A DNA stretch of 63,992 nt, filler included, from an uncultured bacterium (lineage in GTDB: Bacteria; Latescibacterota; UBA2968): assembly GCA_964471275.1 (NCBI GenBank). It is 3 parts of 3 records of this genome, joined end to end, with 100 filler letters (N's around TTAATTAATTAA, not from the genome) between each part and the next. Parts side by side here need not be neighbours in the genome. Positions count along the whole stretch, not along the records: positions 1 to 25,486 come from CAYYGZ010000037.1; positions 25,587 to 50,945 come from CAYYGZ010000038.1; 1 more part is not named here. One strand, 5' to 3'. Made by a program: the position numbers and the translations under genes. Of the stretch, positions 17,753-26,632 are shown piece after piece. Position 1 is the first letter of the stretch. Each line of letters starts with the position of its first letter. The notes under the pieces are model-generated. The model was not told where the DNA came from and did not search any database. It was given only the letters and a program-made list of their open reading frames with translations.

Positions 17753-20700
17753 CTAGACGGTCTGCCCAAAGAGACTCGCAAAGACAAGAAAATCCGAGAA
17801 CCCGACCAGACCGTCGGTGTCGAAATCGAATGTCGACTCTGTTCCTCCAAAGGCGGCCGCGAAGAGAAGGAAATCAGAAAATCCGACCGTACCGTCGCTA
17901 TCGAAGTCAGCGCGAGCGACGGGACTCTGGATGCCCGGCGTGAACGTTGCGGAGCGGAAACCCGGCGCGACGAGCGTCCCGAAGAGGTCTGTAGCCGATC
18001 GGATCTCCAACGTATGCGTCACACCGTCAAGTATGGGGGCTGAAAAGGCCAATACGATGCGTCGGCTCTCCTGGTCTCGAACCGCCGATGTGGGTGTTTC
18101 CGATTGGGGCAGAAGACGGTAGCCATTCGGATCAGCAGCAAGGTCGCCCATTGGTTTGTCGAAGAGGACGGCAATCCGTCTTTCATCAAGTCGATCGATG
18201 TCTGTGACCGTGGGCGGATTACGGCTCCCGATCGTAATCGGACTGGAGGTTACCGTGGCTCCATCAGAGAAGACTGCATCGACACGGTAGGTGAGTGAAT
18301 CTCCTTCCTGGACACCGATGTCGATATACGAGAGTGCGGGGGTCTCGGTGAGAACCTGGACCTGACCCGTGTTGGTGGACCGCAGGAGTCGATATGTCAC
18401 AGCGTCTGCGGTCCCCATCCAGGCGAGCGAGATGCGGTCCCGCCCCAGTGCGACCGCCTTCAGAATCTCCGGACGCTGCGTGGTGTCGGTCGGAAGGTTC
18501 CGCTCGAGGACGCGAATCGCACCGTCAGCGTTGTAGATCAGCTCTGCGGATCCGTCGTCATCCAGGTCGGTAATGATGGGACGATAGGTCAGCGAGATAT
18601 CGGTATGGTAGATCGGCCGGTAGGTGTTCGGCCCATCTGCCCGGATAACATAGAGGTCAGGCGTCAGGGCGACCGCAAGCTCGGCACGTCCATCACCATC
18701 GAGATCTCCGGTCGAGATACCGTTACCCGGTGAGGCCACGCCTGATATGCGTTGTACCCACTCGAGTGTGGCTTCCCTGTTTCCCGTCATTTCGTAGATC
18801 TCGAGATCCCACCAACCGTTGAACGCGTCGGATTCATTTGGAAAGGCCCGGGCAACGGCGAACTCCACATTCCCGTCGCCATCCAGATCCTGACCGCCTC
18901 CGACGATTCGAGCATCCGTCTCGTCCGATCCATCCAACTGAAAGCTCGGGACGAAAGCACCGGAATCGAATTCGTAGCTCCAGATGTCACCGTCGGCGTC
19001 TCCCACCAGGATCTCCTGTCGGTAGTCCTGGTCCAGGTCAGCCACAACGAATCGAGAACTCATTTCCCCATCGCCCAGGCTGAAATCGACCAGGGAAGCA
19101 ACCTCTCCGAAGGTCTGGGGGTGGTCATCCCGGAGCCAATAGATCCGGATCGAATGATCAATTAGAGACCTGGCAAGGATTTCGTTTGAGCCATCACCAT
19201 CGGCATCTGCGATTTCGCCGCCCCACACGCCCGACTGGTCAAAGACGGCCGTCGTCGGCAAGCCAGGGCCGCTAAGCAGGTCGATCCGGGCGACTGAACT
19301 CCCCAGTAGATCTGGCACTCCGTCGTGGTTCACGTCCCCCACGTTCCAGGGCAGAAGGGGCTCATCGGTCTTGTGGATAGACGTGAACGCCCCGTCAGAC
19401 CCATACTCGAAGATCTCGGTTGGCGAGAACGCTTCACCCTCGACATATGGCATCACGGCGATTTCCGGAAGGCCGTCGCTGTCGAAATCCGCGGCGCGAT
19501 CGGCGAGGAAGCCGTCCGGGAGCGACGCGATCTCAGTGAAACCGATATTCGGAATTCGAGCGGGAACAAGCGTCAGCTGCTCGGGGTCGGAAGTGAAGGT
19601 CAGTCCCGACGTGCCCGTGGCGAGAATACGAAATTCGAGGTTCTGTGTGACTGCCGGGTCAGGAATCACGACTTCGTGAAACTGATCGAGTTTTGCCGTC
19701 GAGATCGTGTCTCTGCGGAAACCATTCTCGGTGACGAGGATCAGGCTGCCCTTCGACGGGTTGCGAGTGCCCCATCGAACTGTCCAGGACGGTCGATCTC
19801 CCTTCAGGATCGGTCCGTAAAAGAGCGAGGTCAGTTCTGGTGCGGCCGCATTTGCCTTGAGGCGAACGTGTTGCTCAATGGGCTGTGGCTCGTTGGTCAC
19901 GTCGACCTCAAGCCGCAAGACAATGGGCTCGGACAAATCAGAGGGGACCGACCAATCTGCTGCCACCTCGAGTGAGGGTGACCCGGTCGAAATTGTCTCC
20001 CATACCGGGGGCAGGCTGTCCACGCTCCACGAGAGTCGGTAACCGGTGGCGTTGGCGCCGGATACCGATGCGGATATCGTCAAGTCACCGGCTATCTCAT
20101 CATCGTTTGAGGGTGAGATGAATCTGCCGTAGGATGGGGATGCACCCTCGACATACTGGACAAGCTGCGAGGCGTCAATCTGACCGGCGCCGAAGACGTG
20201 GTCCCATCCGATGTCGCCCAGATCCGTGACAGAAGCGACCAGAGCTCCGCGAACTTCCTCCGCGGCCAGATTTGGTCGCCGAGACAGGAGAAGGGCAGCA
20301 AGACCCGCAACCTGGGGGGCGGCAAAGGAACTGCCCGACCGGGGGCCATAGCTGTCGTCCAGTCGAGTGCTCACGATATTGACACCGGGGGCGACCAGAT
20401 CCAGGACCGGCCCCGTACTGCTGAAGCTGGCAAGCTGTCCGCTCGCTTCGACTGCGCCGACCGAGATTACATCACTCAGTGCGCCAGGGAAGGCAACGGG
20501 GGGACCGCCGGAATTGCCCGCAGCGGCAATGATGATGACGCCCCTCTCTGCTGCGTATCGAACAGCGTCCTCTATCACGTTCGTTCGGTCGAATCCCCCC
20601 CAACTCAGGTTCAAGATATCCGCACCGTTGTCTACGGCATACAGGATCGCTGCAGCCAGGTCGTCTTCCTGAAGAAAGGTTCCGCCCTGGCTGAACGTTA

Positions 20701-21451
20701 GACCGGCCCGGACGGCCATCAGGCGACAGTCCGCTACTCCCGCAACACCGATCCCGTTGTCTGTGATCGCGCCGATGACACCGGCTACCTGGGTTCCGTG
20801 ACTGGATTCATCTCTCGGGTCATTGTCGGGGGTCAGGTAGTCGCCTTGGCCAGGAAGCGTCGGTGCATCCGTGAAATCCCAGCCCCGAATGTCGTCAACG
20901 TATCCATTCCGATCGTCGTCCACCCCAGCTCGGCCGCTCAGCTCCGCGGCGTTTGTCCAGATGCGAGCTGCAAGGTCTTCGTGTGTGTAGTCGATCCCGG
21001 AGTCGATGACGGCTACGATGACATCCTTCTGCTTCAGCGGCAGAACGGCAATCAGCCGAGGCCAGTTGATGGCCTCCAGGTGAAACTGTTCAGAAAGCCG
21101 CGGGTCGGTCATTGACTGGAACGCTGAAAAGATGTGGTTTGGCTGCGCGTAGACGATGCCCGGAAGATCCCCAAGCTGTTTCACAGCCTCGGCAACAGTC
21201 AGACCGGATTCGATCCGAGCCTTGTAGACACGCGGGACAGACTGCGCGGCCTTGGTCAGTAAAAGACCCGAGAAGATGGGACTGATGTCCCGTATACCGG
21301 GGAGTTGTTGTGTGATGGCTGCCTTTGGTAGGGCTGGCTGCGTCTTGAACAGTATCTCACCCGGTGTGATTCGTTGTGCGGCGACTGGACCGGGCAGCAA
21401 GGCAAGGGCAGCAACGATAAGGGCCGCACATCTGTGGTAGGGGGTATGCAT
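17753..21451 (-). CDS. Secreted S8 (subtilisin-like) serine protease with FG-GAP-like repeats, Ig/FN3-like domains and a C-terminal dockerin/EF-hand-like tag
   Basis: Triad motifs VAVIDSG, HGTQVAG and GSSFAAPQVAG; repeated DxDxDGxxE motifs; signal peptide after the start at 21451 or 21463. Confidence 0.9.
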   Translation of the reverse strand: MHTPYHRCAALIVAALALLPGPVAAQRITPGEILFKTQPALPKAAITQQLPGIRDISPIFSGLLLTKAAQSVPRVYKARIESGLTVAEAVKQLGDLPGIVYAQPNHIFSAFQSMTDPRLSEQFHLEAINWPRLIAVLPLKQKDVIVAVIDSGIDYTHEDLAARIWTNAAELSGRAGVDDDRNGYVDDIRGWDFTDAPTLPGQGDYLTPDNDPRDESSHGTQVAGVIGAITDNGIGVAGVADCRLMAVRAGLTFSQGGTFLQEDDLAAAILYAVDNGADILNLSWGGFDRTNVIEDAVRYAAERGVIIIAAAGNSGGPPVAFPGALSDVISVGAVEASGQLASFSSTGPVLDLVAPGVNIVSTRLDDSYGPRSGSSFAAPQVAGLAALLLSRRPNLAAEEVRGALVASVTDLGDIGWDHVFGAGQIDASQLVQYVEGASPSYGRFISPSNDDEIAGDLTISASVSGANATGYRLSWSVDSLPPVWETISTGSPSLEVAADWSVPSDLSEPIVLRLEVDVTNEPQPIEQHVRLKANAAAPELTSLFYGPILKGDRPSWTVRWGTRNPSKGSLILVTENGFRRDTISTAKLDQFHEVVIPDPAVTQNLEFRILATGTSGLTFTSDPEQLTLVPARIPNIGFTEIASLPDGFLADRAADFDSDGLPEIAVMPYVEGEAFSPTEIFEYGSDGAFTSIHKTDEPLLPWNVGDVNHDGVPDLLGSSVARIDLLSGPGLPTTAVFDQSGVWGGEIADADGDGSNEILARSLIDHSIRIYWLRDDHPQTFGEVASLVDFSLGDGEMSSRFVVADLDQDYRQEILVGDADGDIWSYEFDSGAFVPSFQLDGSDETDARIVGGGQDLDGDGNVEFAVARAFPNESDAFNGWWDLEIYEMTGNREATLEWVQRISGVASPGNGISTGDLDGDGRAELAVALTPDLYVIRADGPNTYRPIYHTDISLTYRPIITDLDDDGSAELIYNADGAIRVLERNLPTDTTQRPEILKAVALGRDRISLAWMGTADAVTYRLLRSTNTGQVQVLTETPALSYIDIGVQEGDSLTYRVDAVFSDGATVTSSPITIGSRNPPTVTDIDRLDERRIAVLFDKPMGDLAADPNGYRLLPQSETPTSAVRDQESRRIVLAFSAPILDGVTHTLEIRSATDLFGTLVAPGFRSATFTPGIQSPVARADFDSDGTVGFSDFLLFAAAFGGTESTFDFDTDGLVGFSDFLVFASLFGQTV

Positions 21452-21470
21452 GGTGGCGATCATTTGAACG

Positions 21471-22652
21471 TCAGGAAGAGAGAACCGGTTCCAGTTCACT
21501 GGTGTCCCTCGGTAGCCGTGAAACGAGGAATGTGGCGAGCACGAGAGCAAGAGAGACGATACCCAATGCAAGTGGAACCGAGGTCGCCTGTGCAAAGGCA
21601 CCGACCAGGGGGATCGCCAGGCCTGCCGTGCCCCAGGAAAACCCCATCACCAGTCCTGTCGCCGTGCTCGTGTTCTGTGGCAGGGCTTTCTGGGCAAGGA
21701 CGATGTTGGTCGTGACGCCGAGATCGAAAAGCAGCCCGGCAATCCAGAAGAAGGCGACACTCCAATCCACGGCGATTACACAGAAAGCGACGTGGAAGAT
21801 TGCCGATGAAGCATTAGAGAGCGCGAGGAGTCGTCTGGCTGAAACGCGATCGGCAAGATAGCCGCCTAACATACGTCCCAGCGTGCTGCAGACGAGGTAG
21901 CCTGAAAGCACCCACCCGATCCGGGTTGTCTCCCAACCTCGGGTGGATCCCAGGATCGCGGTGAAGCTTATGAAGCCCGAGTGGACGAGTGATCGGAGGA
22001 CGCTGATCGAGTACAACGTCCAGAGCGGTTTCATTATCGGGTTCCGGAGCTCGCGCCAGTCAAGCCTGGGTCGTCTCTCCGCAGAATCATCGATCCTGTA
22101 GTGTCGCGATGTCCAAAGCAGTGCAGTCGCTGCCGGGACGCAAATCGGGATGATCATCCACAGGCTCTCGAGCCCATATCGGTCGACAATCTGTGTCCCG
22201 GCCAGGGGAGCGAGTGCCATGCCCGTGGTGCCTCCCGTGAGGAAGATTGCCATAGTTAGGTTGGTTCGGCCGGGCACCAGTGATGTGACAAGACCACCGG
22301 CAGTTGGATGAAAGAGCGAAGATCCAAGGGATGCCCCGATCAGCATGGCCGCGAGCACGTGAACCGATGACGCAAACCCGACAAAGGACACAAAGAGGCC
22401 GCATACGAGAACGCCCAGAGCAGCCCAGGCGAACCGGTTGCGATGGTCTGTGAACGTGCCCATCAGGGGTTGGCTGATTGAACCGAAGACGGTGACGAAG
22501 GCGGGGAGAAACGAAATCTGAAAGACGGAGAGGTCGAAGTGGTCTCTGAAGACGGCGTATAGCGGGGGAATCGTGACCATGTAGAAGTCGATGGCCGTGT
22601 GCCCGAGTGTGACCAGCCATACGGACCGCATCGACGACTTTGATTCACTCAT
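21471..22652 (-). CDS. MFS transporter (Fsr-like)
   Basis: About 12 TM helices; GHTAIDFY, SQPLMG, FHP and GGYLADRV. Confidence 0.9.
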   Translation of the reverse strand: MSESKSSMRSVWLVTLGHTAIDFYMVTIPPLYAVFRDHFDLSVFQISFLPAFVTVFGSISQPLMGTFTDHRNRFAWAALGVLVCGLFVSFVGFASSVHVLAAMLIGASLGSSLFHPTAGGLVTSLVPGRTNLTMAIFLTGGTTGMALAPLAGTQIVDRYGLESLWMIIPICVPAATALLWTSRHYRIDDSAERRPRLDWRELRNPIMKPLWTLYSISVLRSLVHSGFISFTAILGSTRGWETTRIGWVLSGYLVCSTLGRMLGGYLADRVSARRLLALSNASSAIFHVAFCVIAVDWSVAFFWIAGLLFDLGVTTNIVLAQKALPQNTSTATGLVMGFSWGTAGLAIPLVGAFAQATSVPLALGIVSLALVLATFLVSRLPRDTSELEPVLSS

Positions 22653-22660
22653 ACGTCGGG

Positions 22661-23041
22661 TCAGGACTGGAGGGAGGGTTCGAGCAATCCGGCCCGTTCG
22701 AGAACAACCTGGCCCAGCTTGTCGTGGAGGCCCAGCGGTCCGGTCACGCGGACGGACACGTCGCGATGCCCTGTAGCTGCTTCGTTTACCATAGCGGGGA
22801 TGTCGGTTGTTGCGTGTCGTCCGGGTGAAAGCATGTAGGGGTGGACAATGATCTCCGTCGCACCATCGCCGATACATTTCTGTACGCCGTCGGCGATTGT
22901 CGGTTCAGCCAGATCCATGTGAGCGATATGGACGATCAGGTCGGGACGCTGTCGCTTGACGATCTCACCAACACCGACAAGCATGTCGTTTGCTTCCTGG
23001 CGACGCGATCCGTGATCCACGATAAGCAGAGCTATAGGCAT
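22661..23041 (-). CDS. CbiX/SirB-type small sirohydrochlorin chelatase domain protein
   Basis: VDHGSR, PYMLSPGRH...DIP and PLGLH. Confidence 0.9.
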   Translation of the reverse strand: MPIALLIVDHGSRRQEANDMLVGVGEIVKRQRPDLIVHIAHMDLAEPTIADGVQKCIGDGATEIIVHPYMLSPGRHATTDIPAMVNEAATGHRDVSVRVTGPLGLHDKLGQVVLERAGLLEPSLQS

Positions 23042-23114
23042 TATCGGTCTCCGTGTGCAAGGTGAGTCTTAGGATACCATTTTCGCCAGACCCGGTCAAC
23101 CTGCAGAGTTTTCG

Positions 23115-24032
23115 CTATATCCCCTGTGAAATCAACTGGTTGGCGGCTTTGACAACCTGCTCGACCGAGATTGATTGCAACCTGGAAGTTTGCGGAATGT
23201 CGGATTCTTCAGCCACGATCTTGACGTGAGGACCAATGGGACCCCATACGGCGGGACGGGTCGGTCCGAACAGCGCGAGGGTCGGGGTTCCGGTCGCCGC
23301 TGCGAGGTGCGTGGGCCCCGAGTCGTTCCCGATGAACAGGTCTGCTTCGGCATACAAACCAGCTAGAGCAGGTAGCGAGATCGGTTCGACAACGTGCGCG
23401 TCTGGCAAATGAGAGCGCAGGTTCGAGACAATCGCCTCATCTGCGGGTCCAGCGGTAACGATGACGGACAATCGGTTACTCAGATCGCTGGCGACGGCTG
23501 CGAACCTGTCAGCTGGCCAAACCTTGTATTGTCCGCCAGACCCCGGATGGATGACCGCATAGGGTGCCTCCGGAAGGTCTTCGAGCCGGGGATCAGCAGT
23601 TGAGACAGATGGTTGACGCAGGGCGTCGATCCGAAGCGGTGCCAGAGCCTGCAGTAGATGGTCGACGATGTGGACAGGGGGATCTTCACTCGGGTGCGGT
23701 GTATGTGTGATCACGGTTCCCGCACACAGGTTCCTCAGGTTCCGGCCCAGGACCCCGTCTGCGTCAGGGAGGAAACTAACGATGAGGTCACTCGCCGAGA
23801 TGACGTCGCGGATACGGCTCGGAAGACAGGGCTCCGGTCCGAAGACTGAGGCCCAACCGGCGTCGTTGAGGTCTAGGGCGTGGTCCACCAGATGGGCAGC
23901 TAGCGCCAGACGGTCCGGATTCCCCGCAAAGCTAAGCATCGATTCCGGGTAGGCTGACTTGAGTGTGGCGACGACCGGTGTGGTCAGGACAAAGTCGCCG
24001 ACGGCACCAGATCGGATGATCAGAATGTTCAT
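23115..24032 (-). CDS. Glycosyltransferase family 9 (LPS heptosyltransferase-like)
   Basis: GAVGDFVLTTP, IHPGSG...KVWP, GNDSGPTHLAAA and LFGPT. Alternative start at 24056. Confidence 0.9.
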   Translation of the reverse strand: MNILIIRSGAVGDFVLTTPVVATLKSAYPESMLSFAGNPDRLALAAHLVDHALDLNDAGWASVFGPEPCLPSRIRDVISASDLIVSFLPDADGVLGRNLRNLCAGTVITHTPHPSEDPPVHIVDHLLQALAPLRIDALRQPSVSTADPRLEDLPEAPYAVIHPGSGGQYKVWPADRFAAVASDLSNRLSVIVTAGPADEAIVSNLRSHLPDAHVVEPISLPALAGLYAEADLFIGNDSGPTHLAAATGTPTLALFGPTRPAVWGPIGPHVKIVAEESDIPQTSRLQSISVEQVVKAANQLISQGI

Positions 24033-24194
24033 GGGAGGCTGCGTTGACGGTGGCATTGGGCTTCGGGATATTGGTTGACGTCGACAGTTCAAGATAACGT
24101 TTCCGAGAGAAAGAGAGCAATCCGACTGAGATGATAGATCGCCTGACGATCCAATGCCCGGTCGTGTTCCAGTTCTGCGTGGGAGTAACTGCCG

Positions 24195-24345
24195 AGATCT
24201 GGGAGCCAATCAATGATGGATTGTGAGGGATGTCGGTCCAGGTGCGGGCGACTGATCCCTCGAACACCGACGTCCTGTATGCGGGGACAATCGGTCGCGG
24301 CGCCTGCATCCGTGAGAGTGGCAGCGAGTGGCGTGAACGCATACA
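24195..24345 (+). pseudogene. Remnant of a BNR/VPS10-type beta-propeller repeat
   Basis: Reads EIWEPINDGL*GMSVQVRATDPSNTDVLYAGTIGRG, with an in-frame TGA. Confidence 0.5.
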
Positions 24346-24497
24346 AATGGCGACGACCGCGTCTTCTACACGACGCTCGGACACGGATCGGGAACATACG
24401 AACGACCGATGATGCAGAAACTGATGACAAACGGTGTGTTGTGGGCTGGGGGATCTTCCTGACCAGACCCCTAGAGGTCTATCGGACGACACATGAA

Positions 24498-24532
24498 AAT
24501 GTCGAATGTCGAACACCGAATACTGAATATCG
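24498..24532. repeat. Degenerate heptamer tandem repeat (5 copies)
   Basis: AATGTCG AATGTCG AACACCG AATACTG AATATCG. Confidence 0.7.
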
Positions 24533-24637
24533 AAGGTTAACTTCGTGATTCTCCGCCAGTAGTTGCCAGAATTCGGTTTCCGGATACCTTTCGAAGATGT
24601 CATCCGACGCCGGGTGAAGGGGGAAGGAGAGCGAACG

Positions 24638-25486
24638 ATGAAGCACATTCTGGTTGCATCCGTACTGGTGATGATGGCCTGCAATAGGGGAGAGGCAATG
24701 GGATTGGAGAAGGCAGCATTCGCAGGTGGCTGTTTCTGGTGCGTGGAAGCGACGTTCGAAAAGGTGAAGGGCGTGAAGTCCGTGATCTCCGGATACGCGG
24801 GAGGGGAGAAGGCGAACCCCAGTTACAACGAAGTGGCGTCCGGACAGACCCAACATATCGAGTCCGTGCAGGTCGCATACGACCCGGATGAGATCGGCTA
24901 CGCGGATTTGGTAGAGGCATTCTGGATGATGTTTGATCCGACAGACGAAGGAGGATCGTTCTACGATCGCGGTCATCAGTACACGTCAGCCGTCTTTGTT
25001 GCGAATACAGAGGAAAGGGCGATCGCGGAGGCATCCAAGAGGGTTCTCGACGAATCGGGCAGATTCGACAAGCCTGTGGTCACGCCTGTCGTGGATGCCG
25101 GCCCATTCTACACCGCAGAGGAGTATCATCAGGATTACTATAAGAAGAACCCGGCTCACTACAATCGATACCGGACGGGTTCAGGACGGGACCGGTTCAT
25201 CGAGAACCATTGGGGTGATCTCGAGAAGGAAGGAGGAGTCTACAGCAAGCCCTCTGCTGATGTCCTTGAGGCGAGGCTGTCTCCCCTGCAGTACAAGGTA
25301 ACACAGCACGATGCGACAGAGCCACCATTCCAGAACGAATACTGGGACAACAAGAAGGCGGGCATATACGTCGATGTCGTTTCTGGTGAGCCCTTATTCA
25401 GTTCGATCGACAAGTTCAAATCGGGCACGGGGTGGCCAAGCTTCACGCAGCCGCTGGCGAAGGAATACGTTGTCGAGGAGCGCGAT
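24638..25486 (+). CDS. msrAB: Exported bifunctional methionine sulfoxide reductase MsrA-MsrB, truncated at the contig end
   Basis: MsrA motifs AGGCFWC and AEEYHQDYY, then MsrB motifs TEPPF and SGTGWPSF; N-terminal signal/lipobox-like MMAC. Confidence 0.93.
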
Positions 25487-25586
25487 NNNNNNNNNNNNNN
25501 NNNNNNNNNNNNNNNNNNNNNNNNNNNNNNTTAATTAATTAANNNNNNNNNNNNNNNNNNNNNNNNNNNNNNNNNNNNNNNNNNNN
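25487..25586. other. Artificial contig-joining linker
   Basis: N44-TTAATTAATTAA-N44, with stops in all six frames. Confidence 0.98.
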
Positions 25587-25658
25587 AAACGGTCTCAGGA
25601 CCGTTGTCAGCAACTGCATCCTAACTCTGGGTGTGGACACACAAGTGGGGGCAGGTCA

Positions 25659-26534
25659 ATGGCAGATGCCGGAGTCGGTCTGCTTGGCGACGGTCCCGGT
25701 GCTGTCTTTCTGAACCCGGGGCTTCTCGGATACATGCACAACAAAGAGGCATTCTTCTCGCATGTCGAGTGGATTGCCGACACAAAACACTCAGCCGTTG
25801 GTGCCGTCTTCCAGTTTGCGAACGTGCCGGGTAGTTTCGCCATCGGAGGGATTACCCACGATTCGGGTACCATTAACGGGACACGGATTGACGCAGACCC
25901 CGCGAGTCTTGGCTTCACTGACACGGGCGAGTTCAGCACGACGGACTATGCCTTCTCAGGAGGCTGGGGATGCCAGATCACAGACCGTTTCTCGGTCGGT
26001 GCCATGCTACGGTATGCGCATCAGGATCTGGGAACGGCGAGTGGGGCCACGGGTGCCGTGAGTGTGGACGCCATTTCGGTCGATATCGGAACCTACTTCA
26101 ACACGGGATTCCGGAATCTGGTGATCGCGATGAGCGTGCGGAACTTCAGCGAAGAGAAGGAATTCCTGCGTGAACGGTTCGAACTACCCAGAGCCTTCAG
26201 GCTTGGAACCGTGGTCGATATGCTGTCGATGTGGGGCAACACACCTGTTCCGCACCATTTCGACCTTCTCGCTGAAATCGACAGCCCGATCGATTTCGAT
26301 GAACGCATCCTGTTCGGCGCCGAGTATCGTTACAAGCGCCCCGATCAGGCGCTTGGATTCGCTCTCCGTGGTGGATACAAGGTCAATCACGATACAGAAG
26401 ACTATTCTGTGGGTGGAGGGATCAACTACCAGACGGAGTCCGGCGCAGGCGTAAGGATCGATTATGCTTTCAAACACTTTAACGGTGCGTTCTTCGATCC
26501 GGTACAGATGATCAGCGGCGCGATTTCCTTCTAG
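25659..26534 (+). CDS. PorV/PorQ-family (UPF0164) outer-membrane beta-barrel, 5'-truncated
   Basis: AVFLNPG, FSHVEWIAD, alternating beta-strand pattern, LRGGY, IDYA and terminal Phe; no signal peptide, as expected at a contig edge. Confidence 0.8.
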   Translation: MADAGVGLLGDGPGAVFLNPGLLGYMHNKEAFFSHVEWIADTKHSAVGAVFQFANVPGSFAIGGITHDSGTINGTRIDADPASLGFTDTGEFSTTDYAFSGGWGCQITDRFSVGAMLRYAHQDLGTASGATGAVSVDAISVDIGTYFNTGFRNLVIAMSVRNFSEEKEFLRERFELPRAFRLGTVVDMLSMWGNTPVPHHFDLLAEIDSPIDFDERILFGAEYRYKRPDQALGFALRGGYKVNHDTEDYSVGGGINYQTESGAGVRIDYAFKHFNGAFFDPVQMISGAISF

Positions 26535-26553
26535 TACGCCAGCTGATGAGAAT

Positions 26554-26591
26554 AAAACGGCGGTGGAGTCTTCCGACTCCGCCGCCGTTTT
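26554..26591. terminator. Bidirectional intrinsic terminator
   Basis: AAAACGGCGGTGGAGTC-ttcc-GACTCCGCCGCCGTTTT between convergent genes. Confidence 0.85.
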
Positions 26592-26632
26592 GCGTGTGAA
26601 CCGCTGTCGGATGTATGCTAGTAGCTCAGCGC

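Noticed and set aside
25487..25586. TTAATTAATTAA palindrome within N runs (also 50946-51045)
   Set aside because: Identical 100-nt all-frame-stop linker added during contig concatenation; not biological.
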